64,000 nt of DNA from an uncultured Clostridia bacterium (GTDB taxonomy: Bacteria > Bacillota > Clostridia > Tissierellales > Sedimentibacteraceae): contig CAYQYY010000007.1 of the NCBI GenBank assembly GCA_964421845.1, forward strand, positions 46,804 through 110,803. The letters are read 5' to 3'. The notes beneath the pieces are model-generated. The model searched no databases. It worked only from the letters and a program-made list of their open reading frames with translations, and had not been told where the DNA came from. Position numbers and translations under genes: made by a program. This document shows, in pieces, positions 1 to 9,426 of this stretch (within the stretch, counting starts at the first letter, position 1; the number at the start of each line of letters is the position of its first letter).

Positions 1-295
1 TAGAGCACATAATAGCGATTGTGGTTATTTGTGAGCCGGAAAGATTAATTGCAGCTAACGCACCCAAAGCAGCATAAGTGCCGGAAAAATAACCTAATAT
101 CATTACAAGGGAAGCTTCACCGGGAAGTCCGAATATTGACATAATAGGTGCAAAAAGATCAGCTATATAATTTAATAATCCTGATATCGATAAAATATGC
201 ACACCTAAATATACCGGCACCAATATTTTCATTAAGTCAATAAGAGTAGTAATTCCGTTAGTCAAACCCCTTTTAAATGTATCGATAGTTACCAT
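1..295 (-). CDS. Polytopic membrane protein, N-terminal part only (nucleoside-recognition/Gate-domain-like); continues beyond window edge
   Basis: Reverse-strand ATG at 295 with AGGAGG RBS (rc of 304-309). My translation MVTIDTFKRGLTNGITTLIDLMKILVPVYLGVHILSISGLLNYIADLFAPIMSIFGLPGEASLVMILGYF... is open to position 1 and hydrophobic. Absent from the ORF track because no stop lies in the window. Confidence 0.45.
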   Translation of the reverse strand, partial: MVTIDTFKRGLTNGITTLIDLMKILVPVYLGVHILSISGLLNYIADLFAPIMSIFGLPGEASLVMILGYFSGTYAALGALAAINLSGSQITTIAIMCS

Positions 296-538
296 TTTTA
301 TATCCTCCTAATTCATAAAAAGAATTATAACACAGTCATTTTTTTAAAACAATATGTGTTTTGTTTTATGCTAATATATAAAATCGGAAGTATACCCTAA
401 AAGTTTTAAAAGGGATGAAAAATATTTACTTAGTAATAAGCTAAAAATAAAATGCTAAAAAAATATTTGTTATGATATAATTAAAAAGATAAATAAATTT
501 GAAAATTTTCAGGGCAAGTTTTCTTGTGGAGGTTATCA

Positions 539-1918
539 ATGAAAGAGTTTATATTTGATGAAGATGTCTACAAATTAATTATAGAGCAACTTGATATTGC
601 TGTTGTTACCGATAAGTATGGAAGATATGTCTATGTTACAAAATCATGGGAGAAATATTATGGAAAAAGTCTTGATGATGTAAAAGGTAAATATGTTAAA
701 GATGTATTTCCTACAACTAAAATTCAAGAAGCCCTTGAAACAGGAAAATCTATTGTCGGACATCCTGTACCTATTGTAAATAAAAAACAAGAACAAGGAT
801 TTTGTAATTATATTCCGATCATTAAAAATGGAGAAATAGTAGCAGGATTTATTTATGTTATTTTTAGAGACGAAAAAACAGCTGTAGATTTTTCAAGAAA
901 ATTAAATAATATGATGGAAGAATTAAAATATTACCAGCAAGAATTAAAGCAATTAAGGAAGGCAAAATACAGTATTGATGAAATTATCGGCGAAAGCCCG
1001 GCTGTGATGAACCTGAAAAAACAAATCCGGAGAGCAGCAAAGTCAACTTCAACAGTATTAATTGAAGGAGAAACAGGATCCGGAAAAGAACTTGTAGCTC
1101 ACTCAATTCATGATTTAAGTGAAAGATCATTAAAACCATTTATAAAAATAAATTGTGCAGCTATTCCATCAGAATTATTTGAGTCGGAATTGTTCGGGTA
1201 TGAATATGGAGCTTTTACCGGAGCAAAAAAGGATGGTAAAAAGGGCAAGTTTGAAATGGCTAGCAGTGGAAGTTTGTTTTTAGATGAAATAAATCAAATG
1301 TCGTTGGTGCTTCAACCTAAACTTTTAAGAGTTCTGCAGGAAAAAGAAATTGAAAAAATTGGGGGGAAAGAAAGCATTCCTGTTGATGTCAGGCTTATTG
1401 TTGCAACAAACACTTCTCTTGAGAAGATGGTTAATGAAAAAAAGTTTAGAAGTGACTTATTTTATAGATTAAATGTAATAAATATTAAAATACCTTCATT
1501 ACGACAACGAAAAGAAGATATTTCATTACTTGTAGATAGTATAATCCAAAAACTTAATTTTCAACTAGGATTAAATATTCAAGGTATAGACAACAAAGTA
1601 ATAGAAAAATTCAAAGAGTACGAATGGCCCGGTAATATTCGAGAGCTTCAAAATGTAGTTGAACGCGGAATGAATATTGCCTTGACAGGAATATTGGAAT
1701 GGAATCATTTTGAGGAATATTTTGAAAATAAACTATTGAGAAATAATAATAGTAGAATTAAAAAAGACCTTTTAATAAAACAGGCAAAAAAAAATTTAGA
1801 GAAGGAAATAGTAATTGAAGGTCTAAAGAAATATAATAATAAAGCTTTGTGCGCAAGAGAATTAGGTATATCAAGAACTTTGCTGTATAAGAAAATAAAA
1901 GAATATGACATAAATTAA
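539..1918 (+). CDS. Sigma-54-dependent transcriptional activator (PAS-like sensor, AAA+ RpoN-interaction domain, Fis-type HTH)
   Basis: Walker A GETGSGKE, GAFTGA loop (YEYGAFTGA), Walker B LFLDEI, C-terminal HTH ARELGISRTLLYKKIKEY. ATG at 539 follows a GTGGAGG RBS and is preferred over TTG at 524. Confidence 0.9.
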   Translation: MKEFIFDEDVYKLIIEQLDIAVVTDKYGRYVYVTKSWEKYYGKSLDDVKGKYVKDVFPTTKIQEALETGKSIVGHPVPIVNKKQEQGFCNYIPIIKNGEIVAGFIYVIFRDEKTAVDFSRKLNNMMEELKYYQQELKQLRKAKYSIDEIIGESPAVMNLKKQIRRAAKSTSTVLIEGETGSGKELVAHSIHDLSERSLKPFIKINCAAIPSELFESELFGYEYGAFTGAKKDGKKGKFEMASSGSLFLDEINQMSLVLQPKLLRVLQEKEIEKIGGKESIPVDVRLIVATNTSLEKMVNEKKFRSDLFYRLNVINIKIPSLRQRKEDISLLVDSIIQKLNFQLGLNIQGIDNKVIEKFKEYEWPGNIRELQNVVERGMNIALTGILEWNHFEEYFENKLLRNNNSRIKKDLLIKQAKKNLEKEIVIEGLKKYNNKALCARELGISRTLLYKKIKEYDIN

Positions 1919-1926
1919 GAATTTAA

Positions 1927-1966
1927 AAGTGTAAACTTTTGTTAACGTAAACAATAGTTTACACTT
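1927..1966. promoter_or_regulatory. Perfect 10-bp inverted repeat AAGTGTAAAC-N20-GTTTACACTT; candidate upstream activator site for the sigma-54 activator
   Basis: Read directly. Lies about 200 bp upstream of the -24/-12 promoter. The GTAAAC/GTTTAC half-site recurs at 1947 and in the hairpin at 2009-2040. Confidence 0.4.
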
Positions 1967-2008
1967 ATGCAAATAAGCTGTAACTACAAATTTACAGGGA
2001 AATAAAAA

Positions 2009-2046
2009 AACAATGTGTAAATAAAAGTTTACATATTGTTTTTTTA
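2009..2046 (+). terminator. Rho-independent terminator after the activator gene
   Basis: 13-bp stem AACAATGTGTAAA / TTTACATATTGTT (one G-U pair), 6-nt loop, then a T7 run. Confidence 0.7.
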
Positions 2047-2098
2047 TAAAAAGGGTCTGAATACTTAAACAATATCAGCTCCCTTTTTTATTTTAGCT

Positions 2099-2126
2099 AA
2101 AAAGTGTTAATATTTTAACACTTTTT
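2099..2126. promoter_or_regulatory. Perfect palindrome AAAAAGTGTTAA-TATT-TTAACACTTTTT between UAS and -24/-12 promoter (operator or bending site, or hairpin)
   Basis: Read directly; 12-bp arms. Position is about 40 bp upstream of the -24 element. Confidence 0.3.
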
Positions 2127-2163
2127 TTAATTACATACATTAATATTGTTATTAATTGAAAGT

Positions 2164-2179
2164 TGGCATGACTTTTGCT
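2164..2179 (+). promoter_or_regulatory. Sigma-54 (-24/-12) promoter TGGCAT-N5-TTGCT
   Basis: TGGCATgacttTTGCT matches consensus TGGCAC-N5-TTGCW with GG and GC 12 nt apart. It sits 68 nt upstream of the ATG at 2247, directly downstream of a sigma-54 activator gene. Confidence 0.85.
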
Positions 2180-2246
2180 CTTATAGAATATTGTAACGTG
2201 CGCGCATTACAAACTTAAGTAATTAAAACAAACCGGAGGAAAAGAA

Positions 2247-3017
2247 ATGAAAATTGTAGATTTAAGTATTGCCTTAGAAAGTGGGTTACCTAGTGATCCG
2301 CCGGATTATATTCCATACATTGATTATAAAAATCATAAAGATACTGCAAATGATATGTTAGAATATTTTGGGGATGCAACGTTGGATGATTTACCTGAAG
2401 GAAATGGATGGGCAGTTGAATTTATAAGGCTGTCAACTCATGGAGGAACACATATAGATGCTCCATATCATTTTTATCCGACTATGAATGGCGGAGAGAG
2501 AGCATGGACTATTGATGAAGTTCCATTAGAATGGTTCTATGGACAAGCGGTTGTTGTAGATTTCAGAGATAAACCTGATGGCTATAAAGTTGAACCTGTT
2601 GATTTTGAAAAATATTTTGAAAAAATCAATTATACATTGAAACCTAATGATATAGTATTAGTAAATACCGGAGCAAGTAAAAACTGGGGCAGTAAAAAAT
2701 ATTTATCGTCCGGTTGTGGAATGACAAAGGCTGCAACATTATGGCTTGTAAATCAAGGAGTCAATGTTGTAGGAACAGATGCGTGGAGTTGGGATAGACC
2801 ACTTCCATTAATAGCTAAAGACTTTAATGAAACGCATGATAAGGAAATTATTTGGGAAGGACATAGAGCAGGTGCAGAAAAGGCATACTGTCATATTGAA
2901 AAATTAACAAATTTAGAATCATTACCGATAACAGGAAGTAAGTTTTTTTGTTTTCCTGTAAAGATCAAAGGAGCTAGTGCCGGTTGGATACGTGCGGTTG
3001 CTTTTGTAGAAGAATAG
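2247..3017 (+). CDS. Cyclase-family metal-dependent hydrolase (kynurenine formamidase / isatin hydrolase-like)
   Basis: 256 aa. HGGTHIDAPYHF matches the HxGTHxDxPxH signature of the putative-cyclase family. GGAGG RBS. First gene of the sigma-54 operon. Confidence 0.8.
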   Translation: MKIVDLSIALESGLPSDPPDYIPYIDYKNHKDTANDMLEYFGDATLDDLPEGNGWAVEFIRLSTHGGTHIDAPYHFYPTMNGGERAWTIDEVPLEWFYGQAVVVDFRDKPDGYKVEPVDFEKYFEKINYTLKPNDIVLVNTGASKNWGSKKYLSSGCGMTKAATLWLVNQGVNVVGTDAWSWDRPLPLIAKDFNETHDKEIIWEGHRAGAEKAYCHIEKLTNLESLPITGSKFFCFPVKIKGASAGWIRAVAFVEE

Positions 3018-3092
3018 AAATAATTAAAAGGTATTATATAGGTTTATAGATTTTCCTTGAAAAATCTAAAAAAGCTAAAGGAGATGTAATAA

Positions 3093-5072
3093 ATGATTAA
3101 CGTTTATTTTAGTATTTATGCAATTATATTTGTTGCGCTATTAATTGGTGCCGGTTTTGTTGCAAAGAAGTGGGTATCTGACACGGATGATTATATAATA
3201 GCCGGTCGTGAAATAAGCTTTCCCATAAACACATTAGGTGTTGTTGCTATTGGTTTTGCAGGTACAAGTATAACTTTAGCACCCGGTTTTTCTATTCTTT
3301 ATGGTGTAAAAGGGGGAATTACATGGGGTGTAATTTATTCCTTAGCAGGTTTAATGGTATACGCCAATATATTTTCTAACTTTATCAGAAGAAGCGGTGC
3401 ACAAACACTTCCTGAATATTTTGAAACTCGATATAACGGTAAGGTAAGAGGATTAATAGCGGTTACTTCTGTAATAGGTATGTGCGGTATACTTGCTAAT
3501 AACGTAGTTTCATTGTCTTCTATTGTTTCCGGGTATACCGGATGGCCAATTCCTATAATTACCGGTGCTGCATTTTTAGTAATTTTAATTTTTGCAACTA
3601 TGAGTGGAATGTGGGCAACTACAATTACGGATTTTATTCAAGTAACAATCGGTACAATTGCCGTTCCTATATTTTTGTTTATCTTAATGACAAAATTTGG
3701 AGGATTTGAGTTTTTCCAAAGCTGGAAAGGCGGTGACTGGGTAAACGCAGGATTGGCAGGAGCATCTATGCCTGTTGCTACATTCAAGTATCCAAGTGCA
3801 TTAACTTTCATAATTCTTTTTGGTACTGCCTTAGTATGGGGAAATAATTATTATTGGATCAAGATGGCATCATGCAGAAATGAAAATGTTGCAAAGAAAT
3901 CATATACGGTAGGTTCAATATATTTAATTGTTGTATTTATGATACCTTTATCATTAATAGGGATATATGCCGGAACCGCAATGCCTGAAGTTTTCACTTT
4001 GGCAGGAGGCAAGGTAGCGCATACGGCTGCATATGGAGTTATAGCGCAGGCTATAACACCGGCTCTTGGTTCATTGTTTATAGTCGGAGCATGTGCTGCA
4101 GCTTTATCAACAGCATCAACTTCAGCTATGGGTGCTACTTCAACAGCCACTCGTGATATCTACAAGAGAATGATAAATAAAGATGCTTCTCCTGAAACTA
4201 CATTAAAAGCAAGCAAGATTACAATGGCACTTATAATTGGAGTTACTTGGATTATGACATTCTTCCCGGGAGGACCAACATATTTATTTGCATTCGCTAA
4301 TGCTTGGTTGACACCTCCGGCAGTACTTTTGCTATTAGGTGCGTTCTGGCCTAAATTTAATTCAAAGGGTGCTTTCTGGGGCGCTCTTTCAGGAATGTTT
4401 ACTATGGTTTTATTGACAATTACGGAGTTAACAAAGGTATTTGTTATAGGTCAGTGGACACATATGGCTATTGTAGGATTTTTAGTTTCTCTTATTGTAG
4501 GTGTCATTGTTTCACTCACAGCACCTTCAAACTACTATGGAGCTTCAGATTGGGAAATTAAAGCGACTAAAAATAACCGTAAAAAAGTGGAATTAGACGA
4601 TTTTGATATGAAAGTTCTTGCTATGATTAGAAATGGTCATCAATATTTAGCAGATATTAGCGATGGACTTAAGGTTGATGCTAAAATATCAAATTTATCA
4701 ATTGAAAAATTGGATCAAGGCGGCTATATAGAAAGAGCAGGATTGATAGGAAGCAAGTTCTTTACATTTAACATAACAGAAAAAGCTAATGAAGTGTTGC
4801 CGAAATTAGATAACACAGAGGCCAAAATGATAGCTGATTATCTAAATCCTAAGTATATTAAGTTCTTGGAAATGGCTGAAAGTAATCCGGATAGAATCGG
4901 TAAATTTGCAAAGGAATTCAATATGGCATCACTTCAAATGTCAAGCATGATTTCACACTTAACTCGTAGAGGATATATCGTTGAAAAAGGTATGTTCAAG
5001 AGACAAGTTAAAATAACTGAAAAAGGAAAATCAATGATACAAAAATATGCAATAAATGGAGGTATTGCTTAG
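3093..5072 (+). CDS. Sodium:solute symporter family transporter with about 170-aa C-terminal cytoplasmic tandem winged-helix extension
   Basis: 659 aa. About 13 hydrophobic segments over the first ~480 aa, typical of SSF/PutP-PanF-like carriers. C-terminus has two MarR-like wHTH units (LADISDGLKVDAKISNLSIEKLDQGGYIER and FAKEFNMASLQMSSMISHLTRRGYIVEKG). Confidence 0.75.
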   Translation: MINVYFSIYAIIFVALLIGAGFVAKKWVSDTDDYIIAGREISFPINTLGVVAIGFAGTSITLAPGFSILYGVKGGITWGVIYSLAGLMVYANIFSNFIRRSGAQTLPEYFETRYNGKVRGLIAVTSVIGMCGILANNVVSLSSIVSGYTGWPIPIITGAAFLVILIFATMSGMWATTITDFIQVTIGTIAVPIFLFILMTKFGGFEFFQSWKGGDWVNAGLAGASMPVATFKYPSALTFIILFGTALVWGNNYYWIKMASCRNENVAKKSYTVGSIYLIVVFMIPLSLIGIYAGTAMPEVFTLAGGKVAHTAAYGVIAQAITPALGSLFIVGACAAALSTASTSAMGATSTATRDIYKRMINKDASPETTLKASKITMALIIGVTWIMTFFPGGPTYLFAFANAWLTPPAVLLLLGAFWPKFNSKGAFWGALSGMFTMVLLTITELTKVFVIGQWTHMAIVGFLVSLIVGVIVSLTAPSNYYGASDWEIKATKNNRKKVELDDFDMKVLAMIRNGHQYLADISDGLKVDAKISNLSIEKLDQGGYIERAGLIGSKFFTFNITEKANEVLPKLDNTEAKMIADYLNPKYIKFLEMAESNPDRIGKFAKEFNMASLQMSSMISHLTRRGYIVEKGMFKRQVKITEKGKSMIQKYAINGGIA

Positions 5073-5890
5073 TGAGTAAGACTATAATAACAGTTGCCAC
5101 CACAGGTGCATGGCCTACGAAAGAACAAAGTCCGTATGTTCCGATGACTCCTCGTGAAATAGCAGATGATGTGTATGAATGTTATAAAGCAGGTGCCGCA
5201 ATAGCACATTTGCATATGAGAGATGATGAAGGCAATGGCACTATGGATGCAGCTAAATTTGAAGAAACTGTTAAATTAATCAGGGCAAAGTGTGATATAG
5301 TAATTAACTGCACAACATCCGGTGATTTGAATGCAACTGATGAAACAAGACAAGCCCACTTAAAATCAATCAGACCTGAAATGGCATCATATGATTGCGG
5401 ATCCATGAACTGGATGCACAACAGCTTATTTTTAAACCATCCTAAGTTTTTAGAGGAATTAGGATATACAATGCAAGAATACGGGGTTAAACCGGAAATA
5501 GAAATATTTGATGCAGGTATGGTTTACAATTCTTTATACTATCTAAAAAAGGGAGTTTTAAAAGCCCCGTTGCATTATCAATTTGTTCTTGGAGCAGCTG
5601 GCGGTACAGCAGCAACTGTAGAAAACTTGGTATATTTAAAGAGTTTGATACCCGAAGGTTCAACTTGGTCTGCTTTAGGTATAGGTAAAAATCATGTGCC
5701 GATTTTGTTAACAACAATAGCTATGGGTGGACATGTCAGAGTCGGATTAGAAGACAACCTGTACTATAATTCAGGAGTTTTAGCAACTAATGCTCAGTTA
5801 GTTACCCGCGCTGCAAATATAATAAAAGAAGCAGGCAATGAAATTGCAACACCGGATGATGCAAGACATATGTTAAATTTGTATAAGTAA
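5072..5890 (+). CDS. BKACE-family beta-keto acid cleavage enzyme (3-keto-5-aminohexanoate cleavage enzyme family, DUF849)
   Basis: 272 aa. N-terminus IITVATTGAWPTKEQSPYVPMTPREIADD...AGAAIAHLHMRD is characteristic of the family. GTG start overlaps the upstream TAG (TAGTG). Confidence 0.8.
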   Translation: MSKTIITVATTGAWPTKEQSPYVPMTPREIADDVYECYKAGAAIAHLHMRDDEGNGTMDAAKFEETVKLIRAKCDIVINCTTSGDLNATDETRQAHLKSIRPEMASYDCGSMNWMHNSLFLNHPKFLEELGYTMQEYGVKPEIEIFDAGMVYNSLYYLKKGVLKAPLHYQFVLGAAGGTAATVENLVYLKSLIPEGSTWSALGIGKNHVPILLTTIAMGGHVRVGLEDNLYYNSGVLATNAQLVTRAANIIKEAGNEIATPDDARHMLNLYK

Positions 5891-5902
5891 TATATTAGAG
5901 TA

Positions 5903-5926
5903 AGGGAGACTTGGTCTCCCTTTATT
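5903..5926 (+). terminator. Weak hairpin / partial terminator between BKACE and thiolase genes
   Basis: GGGAGAC-ttg-GTCTCCC followed by TTTATT. The T-run is poor, so read-through is likely. Confidence 0.3.
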
Positions 5927-5943
5927 AATAAGGAGGACAACAA

Positions 5944-7128
5944 ATGAATAACACGAAAGAAGTAGTAATAGTTGGAATGGCCAGGACGGCCATAGGAAAT
6001 TTTATGGGGAGTTTATCTGATCTTAGTGCGGTTGAACTTGGTATAACAGCTGCTAAAGAAGCTATGAAAAGGGCAAATATAAAACCTGAAAATATAGATG
6101 AAGTTACAACGGGGATGGTTTTTAAGACCGGCTTAAAAGCAAATCCGGCAAGACAAATTCAGTTAGGATTAGAAATACCCGTTTCATCGGCAGCAACCAC
6201 AATAGAGCAACAATGTGCGTCAGGTATGAGAGCTTTAGAAGTTGCATGTCAACAAATATTATTGGGAAAAACACAAGCGGCATTGGTTTGTGGTATTGAA
6301 AGCATGTCAAATGTACCATATTTAGCTCTGAATGTAAGAAAAGGATTAAGAATGGGAAGCACTGCATTAGAGGATGGATTATTATATGATGGTTTAATAG
6401 ACGTTTTTTCAGGCGTACATATGGGTATTACAGCAGAAAACATTGCAGAAGAATATCATATTAACAGAGAAGAGCAAGATGAGTATGCCTTATTAAGCCA
6501 TAAGCGTGCATTAAATGCAATTGCTGAAGGAAAGTTTACAGAGCAAATTGTTCCGGTTGAAATTAATACAAAAAAAGGCACAGTTGTTTTTGATACGGAC
6601 GAGCATCCCAGAGAAATTCATCGAGAACAATTATCAAAAATGAAACCTGCCTTTAAAAAAGATGGAACTGTTACTGCCGGTAATGCATCCAGTTTAAATG
6701 ACGGTGCAAGTGCAATGGTAATAATGTCAAGAGAGAGGGCGGAAGAATTAGGAATAAAACCACTTGCTAAAATACTTTCTACCGCTACAGTTGGAGTTGA
6801 ACCAAGAGTTATGGGTATAGGACCGGTCTATGCTATACCAAAAGCAGCAGAGTTTGCAGGAATTTCAACAGATGATATTGAGTATTATGAGTTAAATGAA
6901 GCTTTTGCAGCCCAAGTTTTAGCATGCATCAAAGAATTAAATATAAATATAAATAATGTTAATGCAAATGGTTCGGGAATATCATTAGGACATCCTGTAG
7001 GCAGTACCGGATTAAGGTTAATTATTGCAGCGTATTATGAATTGATAGAAAGAAATGAAAAAATTGGTTGCGGTTCTTTATGTGCAGGCGGTGGACCTGC
7101 TATGGCGGTTATTATAGAGAGGTTGTAG
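5944..7128 (+). CDS. Acetyl-CoA C-acetyltransferase (thiolase II)
   Basis: 394 aa. Active-site Cys context QQCASGMRA, C-terminal NGSGISLGHPVGSTG and CAGGGPAMA thiolase signatures. Confidence 0.9.
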   Translation: MNNTKEVVIVGMARTAIGNFMGSLSDLSAVELGITAAKEAMKRANIKPENIDEVTTGMVFKTGLKANPARQIQLGLEIPVSSAATTIEQQCASGMRALEVACQQILLGKTQAALVCGIESMSNVPYLALNVRKGLRMGSTALEDGLLYDGLIDVFSGVHMGITAENIAEEYHINREEQDEYALLSHKRALNAIAEGKFTEQIVPVEINTKKGTVVFDTDEHPREIHREQLSKMKPAFKKDGTVTAGNASSLNDGASAMVIMSRERAEELGIKPLAKILSTATVGVEPRVMGIGPVYAIPKAAEFAGISTDDIEYYELNEAFAAQVLACIKELNININNVNANGSGISLGHPVGSTGLRLIIAAYYELIERNEKIGCGSLCAGGGPAMAVIIERL

Positions 7129-7147
7129 TTATACTATTCTAATTTGT

Positions 7148-7176
7148 TTGACACCTAAGTTCAGGTTTGGTAAAAT
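7148..7176 (+). promoter_or_regulatory. SigA-type promoter TTGACA-N17-TAAAAT
   Basis: Read directly. Lies 37 nt upstream of the ATG at 7213. Confidence 0.6.
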
Positions 7177-7212
7177 TAATAATGCGCTAACAATGATAAC
7201 AAGGAGAATTTA

Positions 7213-8724
7213 ATGAACATAAAGAAAACATTCGCAATTATAGTTTTACTGTTAATAATGTCAATCAATTTTGTATTTGCAGAGGAAAATTCAACATTCT
7301 TAACTCCATATTCTTCTGAATACAACAAATATACTAACAATCCTTACGGGTATGAAATTGTTCTTTTGAATAATTTAAAATTAAATGAAGATATTGTAAA
7401 TGTAAAAAGCAGATTTGAATCTGAAAATGTAGTGGTTGATATATTATATGATAATTTTGAAAATTCTTTGGACAGTATAACAACATATATAAATTACGGA
7501 AATAAAGGAATTTCAAAAAATCCTGATTTTAAAATTACTAAGGAATTTAATCATAATTTTAAAGGTACCATAGGACACATTACATTGTTTGAAAGAAGAA
7601 AGTTAAAGGATAGTGAACCTGATCGTAACTATTACGCAATGATTACATTCCCAAGATCAAACAAAGAATTAATAACCGTTTTTATTAAATCCGCACATCC
7701 TGTATACATAGATTACATAATGCCAAGCTTTAAATTAATAAACAAAACAGGAACAATGAAAGAAGACACAGTTTTTAAACCGGTACAGAAAAACTTCGAT
7801 GAAAAAACCTTGGATTTTTTAAATAAATATTTCATCAATAATGAAAAAATTGATTTTGGAGTGTTTGAGCCATCATATCCAACTTATGACTATAAATTGA
7901 AGCAGCTTGAAGAAATGTTTGACTATGAATTTCCTGTTGTATTATTATATAATTCCTTTGCGCTGCCTTATAAAACTGATTATATGAACTTGGCAAAGGA
8001 GCAAGGGAAAGTTGTTGAATACGGCTTGTATACCACGGATATGATAAATGGCAAGGAAACTGATATAACCCTTGATATAATAGAAGGAAGATATGATGAT
8101 TATTTAGACCATTTAGCACAAAGCTTTAATGAATATGATCATCCCGTTTTGTTTAGGTTAAATAATGAGATGAATGGCGAATGGGTGTGGTATTCGTCAC
8201 ATAGGGTGGGTAAGGACACCGATTTATTCATTGAATGTTGGAAATACATTTACAACAAATTTAAAGAACATGAAGTCGATAATGTAATTTTTGTTTGGAA
8301 TCCTAACGAATTATCATTCCCCGGCTATGCATACAATCATTACTTAAACTATTACCCGGGCGATGAATACGTTGATATAGTTGGGCTTACATCATATAAC
8401 ACGGGGAACTATTACAACGGCGAAACCTGGAGAAGCTTTGCTGAAGCATATGATCATTTCTATTATGAATATATTAAGCGTTTCGAGCACCCAATGATGA
8501 TTACGGAATATTCATGTGCTTCGTTAGGAGGCAATAAGAGTGAATGGTTTGAGGATATGTTTAATAAAATTCTTCAATATGATAGAATCAAATTGGCAGT
8601 TTTATGGAACGGTCAAGATTACGATATGACTAAGACGGGAAAAACAGTATCAAGAAACTATCGTTTAGATTTAGAAGAAGATGTTATAGATGCTATACGA
8701 AAGGGATTTGAAAAATTCAAATAA
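7213..8724 (+). CDS. Secreted glycoside hydrolase family 26-like protein with about 270-aa N-terminal domain of unknown function
   Basis: Signal peptide MNIKKTFAIIVLLLIMSINFVFA. LFRLNNEMNGEWVWY resembles the GH26 HEMNGxWFWW acid/base motif. MMITEYS is a plausible nucleophile strand. Confidence 0.55.
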   Translation: MNIKKTFAIIVLLLIMSINFVFAEENSTFLTPYSSEYNKYTNNPYGYEIVLLNNLKLNEDIVNVKSRFESENVVVDILYDNFENSLDSITTYINYGNKGISKNPDFKITKEFNHNFKGTIGHITLFERRKLKDSEPDRNYYAMITFPRSNKELITVFIKSAHPVYIDYIMPSFKLINKTGTMKEDTVFKPVQKNFDEKTLDFLNKYFINNEKIDFGVFEPSYPTYDYKLKQLEEMFDYEFPVVLLYNSFALPYKTDYMNLAKEQGKVVEYGLYTTDMINGKETDITLDIIEGRYDDYLDHLAQSFNEYDHPVLFRLNNEMNGEWVWYSSHRVGKDTDLFIECWKYIYNKFKEHEVDNVIFVWNPNELSFPGYAYNHYLNYYPGDEYVDIVGLTSYNTGNYYNGETWRSFAEAYDHFYYEYIKRFEHPMMITEYSCASLGGNKSEWFEDMFNKILQYDRIKLAVLWNGQDYDMTKTGKTVSRNYRLDLEEDVIDAIRKGFEKFK

Positions 8725-8733
8725 GGGCTATTT

Positions 8734-9426
8734 ATGAATATATTAGTTTGTGATGATGATAAAGAAATAGTTGAGGCAATTGAAGTTTATTTAAAAAATG
8801 AAGGGTACAATATATTAAAGTGTTACTCAGGTTTAGAGGCCATCGATATGGTTAAATCTAATGATGTGCATTTAATTATTATGGATATAATGATGCCTGA
8901 AATGGACGGAATCAGGGCAACATCCAAAATCAGAGAAATTAAAAACATCCCTGTTATTATGTTGTCTGCAAAATCCGAAGAAACAGACATTGTATTCGGC
9001 CTTAATATGGGAGCGGATGACTATATTACAAAGCCGTTTAATCCTTTAGAACTGTTGGCAAGAGTAAAATCACAGCTTCGTAGATACACAACATTAGGCG
9101 GAGCGAATGGGGTGGAAATAAGCAACCTATATCAAACAGGCAGTTTATTTATAGACGACGAAAGAAAAATAGTTACAGTTGATGATGAATCTGTTAAATT
9201 AACACCTGTTGAATACAAAATATTGCTGATGCTTACTAAAAATAAAGGTAAAGTGTTTTCAATAGACGATATTTATGAAGAGGTTTGGAACGAGCCATCA
9301 TTTAATCCTGAAAATACTGTAGCAGTCCATATCAGAAGGATAAGAGAAAAAATTGAAATAGACCCGAAAAATCCAAGGTACCTGAAGGTGGTGTGGGGTG
9401 TTGGTTACAAAGTGGAAGATTTATAA
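8734..9426 (+). CDS. OmpR/PhoB-family response regulator
   Basis: Receiver domain (DDD...IMDIMMPEMDG...K) plus winged-helix output (VAVHIRRIREKIE...VWGVGYK). Confidence 0.9.
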   Translation: MNILVCDDDKEIVEAIEVYLKNEGYNILKCYSGLEAIDMVKSNDVHLIIMDIMMPEMDGIRATSKIREIKNIPVIMLSAKSEETDIVFGLNMGADDYITKPFNPLELLARVKSQLRRYTTLGGANGVEISNLYQTGSLFIDDERKIVTVDDESVKLTPVEYKILLMLTKNKGKVFSIDDIYEEVWNEPSFNPENTVAVHIRRIREKIEIDPKNPRYLKVVWGVGYKVEDL

